IMG/VR virus record: IMGVR_UViG_3300017755_000056
Strand: one strand, 5' to 3'
DNA from: a virus
Length of the DNA stretch: 29,840 nucleotides
How positions within the stretch are numbered: position 1 is the first letter of the stretch; each line of letters starts with the position of its first letter. A program made the translations under genes and the position numbers. Below are positions 27,375-29,840 of the stretch, piece by piece. The notes under the pieces were generated by a model that was not told the DNA's origin, searched no databases, and was given only the letters and a program-made list of their open reading frames with translations.

Positions 27375-29800
27375 TGGCTTTAGGCAAAAGACTAATACAA
27401 ACAGGAGGGGAAGCAGCTTGTAATACTGAAACAACTGATATATTTGGTGGCTCAACAGGCAAGGCATTATACTCAATGGATTTTGATGCAAGTACTGCTC
27501 CTGATAGTACTGATTATTCAGGCACACCTACTGACGTTGACTTCGGAGTAGCAGGTCAAATAAATACAGGTGCAAGATTTAATGGTAGTAGTAGTCAAAT
27601 ATCTTTACCCACAAGCCTTGTCAATAGTCAAAATACATTTACAGTCAGCTTTTGGGCGAAAACTCAAACAAATACAGATTATTCTTATTTATTTTCTTTT
27701 GGGCAAACTGTTGATACAGATGGCTTTGGTCTTGCAAGAGCGAGTAATTCTGCTATTTCAGGTGGTTTAGATGGAAATGGTTTAGCTGCAAAAGAGTTGT
27801 ATTTAAATACAGGCTCAAGTTTTATTGGTGCAAATTTTACAATAGAGGATGACACTATGTATCACTTTGCAGTTTCTTATACAGGAACTACTGTAAAAAT
27901 ATATGTTAATGGTAATTTAATACAAACATACACTTCTGCACAAAACATTCCTTCTTTAGCTATACCAGCATCAGGAAACAACGCATACATAGGAAGATAT
28001 ATAGGAACTGCATATAATTGGAATGGTACTATTGACCAATTTAGGGTATTTCACTCAATTTTAAGCGATAGTCAAGTATCTACCCTTGCAGCAGAACAAG
28101 CGTGTGTACATACATCTACAACTGATATAGTAGATTTTCCATTAGGAACAACAAACCTTGCATATTACAAATTAGACAATTCAGGAGAAGATAGTAAAGG
28201 AACTAACGATTTAACAGAATCAAATATTGAATATCGTTTTGGTCGATATGGTCAAGCTGGGCTTTTTAATGGAACAAATGGTTATTTATATGCATCTAAT
28301 TCTGTGCAACAACCAACAACAAATTTTAGTGTTTCTGTTTGGGTTTTATTTCATCAAATTAAAACTGCATCAACTGGTGTAATTGGTAATTTTAAAACAG
28401 GAGTAACACCACAAGTAGGTTGGGCAATAGCTCATCAAAACGGAACACCTTTGCAATTTTGGGCAGATGGAACTGCTAACTCAAATGATGGAATGGTTCA
28501 ATCAACTTCATCAATACCAACAAACGAGTGGATTCACGTAGTTGGAACTTATGATGGCACAAATGTTAAGATATATATAAATGGAACTTTAGAAAATACA
28601 AAATCTTACACACAAACACCTAATACAACAGACCAACCTTTAGTGATTGGAAGATGGTATGGAAATTATGATGAATTGTACACTGATGGTCAAATAGACC
28701 AAGTTAGGATATTTTCTACTGCCATAAGCCAAGCAAATGTAACAAGTCTTTACAACGAAAAACCTGAAACAGATACAAGTAATTTTAAGGCTGTATTGTA
28801 TACTGGAAATGGTGCAACACAATATATTTCTAATGTAGGAATGGATTTAGAAACAAGTGGTGGTTTAGTTTGGGTAAAAAATAGAAGTGCAACAGGTAAC
28901 CATTCTTTAATTGATAGCGTAAGGGGTGTAAGCAAACCTATTAATTCAAATGCAACTAATACAGAACAAAATTATCCGAATTTTACTTTAACATCATTTG
29001 AAAAAAATGGATTCTTTGTAACAGATGATTCAAATGGTCTATATGGTTTTAACGGTGCGCCTGGCGGCACTTATGGCGGTACAACAGGTGGGTATGTTGG
29101 CTGGGTTTGGAAAGGTGGTGGTGCGGCTGTTACTATTGCAGTAAATTCTATTACAGGTTCTACTCCATCAAGGGTGTCAAGTGTAAGTGCAAATCCTGCA
29201 GCAGGGTTTAGTATTGTTTCGCTTGATAAACCAAATACCAATACCGATACATACGGACACGGATTATCCTCTGTGCCTGAAATGATAATTTTAAAAAGAA
29301 CTGCAATCGCTGATGATTGGCACGTTTATCATAAAGATTTAGGGAATACAGTTAGAATAAGTTTAAATTCGAATGCTGCAAAAGTAACAGGTACAGGTGT
29401 ATGGGCATCTACTACACCAACTGCAAGTTTATTTACATTACAAAATCAAACAGGTGGTGCTCATATTGCTTATCTTTTCCACAGCGTTGCAGGATATAGT
29501 CGTGTAGGGAGTTATTCAGGTTCAGGTTCAGGTGGAAATGTTCAAACTGTTGGTTTTAGACCAAGTTTGGTTGTTATAAAAAGAACAAATACAGGTGGTG
29601 CTGGTTCAGACCATTGGTTAGCATTTACAAGTAATGTATTAGATGCAAGTGGTAATATTTCGATGATGAGGTGGGATACAAGTGAAACAGAATTTGGTAG
29701 TCAAAGAATAACATTTCAAAATACATCATTTACCCTTACTGATGCTGATGCTTCAAGAAATGCAACAGGTGGGGAATATATCTATTACGCTGTTAAATGA
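27374..29800 (+). CDS. Receptor-binding/tail-fibre protein with two tandem LamG (concanavalin-A-like lectin) domains and a repeated C-terminal beta-domain, 808 aa.
   Basis: LamG-like 1: ARFNGSSSQISLP..FTVSFWAKT..MYHFAVSYTGTTVKIYVNGNL..NWNGTIDQFRVFHSILSDSQV. LamG-like 2: GLFNGTNGYLYASN..FSVSVWV..EWIHVVGTYDGTNVKIYINGTL..LYTDGQIDQVRIFSTAISQANV. C-terminal repeats: LYTGNGATQYISNVGMDLETSGGLVWVKNRS / TYGHGLSSVPEMIILKRT / SGGNVQTVGFRPSLVVIKRT. Confidence 0.75.
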   Translation: MALGKRLIQTGGEAACNTETTDIFGGSTGKALYSMDFDASTAPDSTDYSGTPTDVDFGVAGQINTGARFNGSSSQISLPTSLVNSQNTFTVSFWAKTQTNTDYSYLFSFGQTVDTDGFGLARASNSAISGGLDGNGLAAKELYLNTGSSFIGANFTIEDDTMYHFAVSYTGTTVKIYVNGNLIQTYTSAQNIPSLAIPASGNNAYIGRYIGTAYNWNGTIDQFRVFHSILSDSQVSTLAAEQACVHTSTTDIVDFPLGTTNLAYYKLDNSGEDSKGTNDLTESNIEYRFGRYGQAGLFNGTNGYLYASNSVQQPTTNFSVSVWVLFHQIKTASTGVIGNFKTGVTPQVGWAIAHQNGTPLQFWADGTANSNDGMVQSTSSIPTNEWIHVVGTYDGTNVKIYINGTLENTKSYTQTPNTTDQPLVIGRWYGNYDELYTDGQIDQVRIFSTAISQANVTSLYNEKPETDTSNFKAVLYTGNGATQYISNVGMDLETSGGLVWVKNRSATGNHSLIDSVRGVSKPINSNATNTEQNYPNFTLTSFEKNGFFVTDDSNGLYGFNGAPGGTYGGTTGGYVGWVWKGGGAAVTIAVNSITGSTPSRVSSVSANPAAGFSIVSLDKPNTNTDTYGHGLSSVPEMIILKRTAIADDWHVYHKDLGNTVRISLNSNAAKVTGTGVWASTTPTASLFTLQNQTGGAHIAYLFHSVAGYSRVGSYSGSGSGGNVQTVGFRPSLVVIKRTNTGGAGSDHWLAFTSNVLDASGNISMMRWDTSETEFGSQRITFQNTSFTLTDADASRNATGGEYIYYAVK

Positions 29801-29840
29801 TGGATGACGGAATGAAAATATTTGGACTTTACTCGGCAAA
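29718..29840. repeat. Terminal direct repeat, right copy (identical to 1..123).
   Basis: Same 123 nt as the window start. It contains the fibre-gene stop (29798..29800) and the first 41 nt of the small ORF that is complete at 83..238. Confidence 0.92.

Noticed and set aside
1-29840. Search for tRNA genes, CRISPR arrays, integrase/excisionase, transposase, a reverse transcriptase/DGR near the fibre gene, and toxin-antitoxin pairs.
   Set aside because: The intergenic gaps are all under 300 nt and contain no cloverleaf-like or repeat-spacer structure. No ORF shows tyrosine/serine recombinase, DDE or RT (YxDD) motifs. Absence of an integrase suggests, but does not prove, a virulent lifestyle.

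Overview
The window is a complete, circularly closed dsDNA tailed-phage genome. Bases 1..123 are identical to 29718..29840, so the unique length is 29,717 bp. It is low-GC, every credible gene is on the + strand, and genes are tightly packed with many ATGA/TAATG/GTGA start-stop overlaps. I found no tRNA, CRISPR array, integrase or transposase.

Layout:
- Lysis cassette (83..1431): two small membrane ORFs, an M15 peptidase endolysin and a 3-TM holin-like protein.
- Early, replication and recombination region (1490..9307): NinG-like, Erf annealase, DUF3127 OB-fold protein, DnaB-C-type helicase, ECF-like sigma factor, a thymidylate-synthase homologue, a MazG-type pyrophosphatase, a PD-(D/E)XK exonuclease and a DnaA-domain-IV-like HTH protein.
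- Packaging (9437..10835): TerS-like and TerL.
- Two terminator-bounded mini-cassettes (10836..11540).
- A morphogenesis region in non-canonical order (11573..29800): chaperone-like gene with a -1 frameshift, connector and tail proteins, tape-measure-like protein, XkdF-type protease, scaffold-like protein, major capsid, major tail, portal fused to a MuF-like region, adaptor, and a fibre cluster ending in an 808-aa tandem-LamG receptor-binding protein.

DUF3127, A/T-rich start contexts without Shine-Dalgarno sequences and the low GC suggest a Bacteroidota (Flavobacteriia-type) host. That host call is inference.

Most interesting observations:
1. The thymidylate-synthase homologue carries the Asn-to-Asp cytosine-specificity switch and sits next to a MazG-type pyrophosphatase. 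This suggests 5-modified cytosine in virion DNA.
2. A conserved TATTG-N7-ATG / TTATTGTATATAT element sits in front of late operons. Together with the phage sigma factor it suggests a phage-specific late promoter producing leaderless mRNAs.
3. A T9 slippery run lies exactly where a -1 frame opens in a chaperone-like gene.
4. An orphan mini-ORF duplicates the ARSPFF N-terminus of the neighbouring gene.
5. Two CpG-poor compositional islands cover the nucleotide-metabolism module and the lectin-like part of the fibre gene.

All product calls come from motif recognition by eye and synteny. No database search was run.
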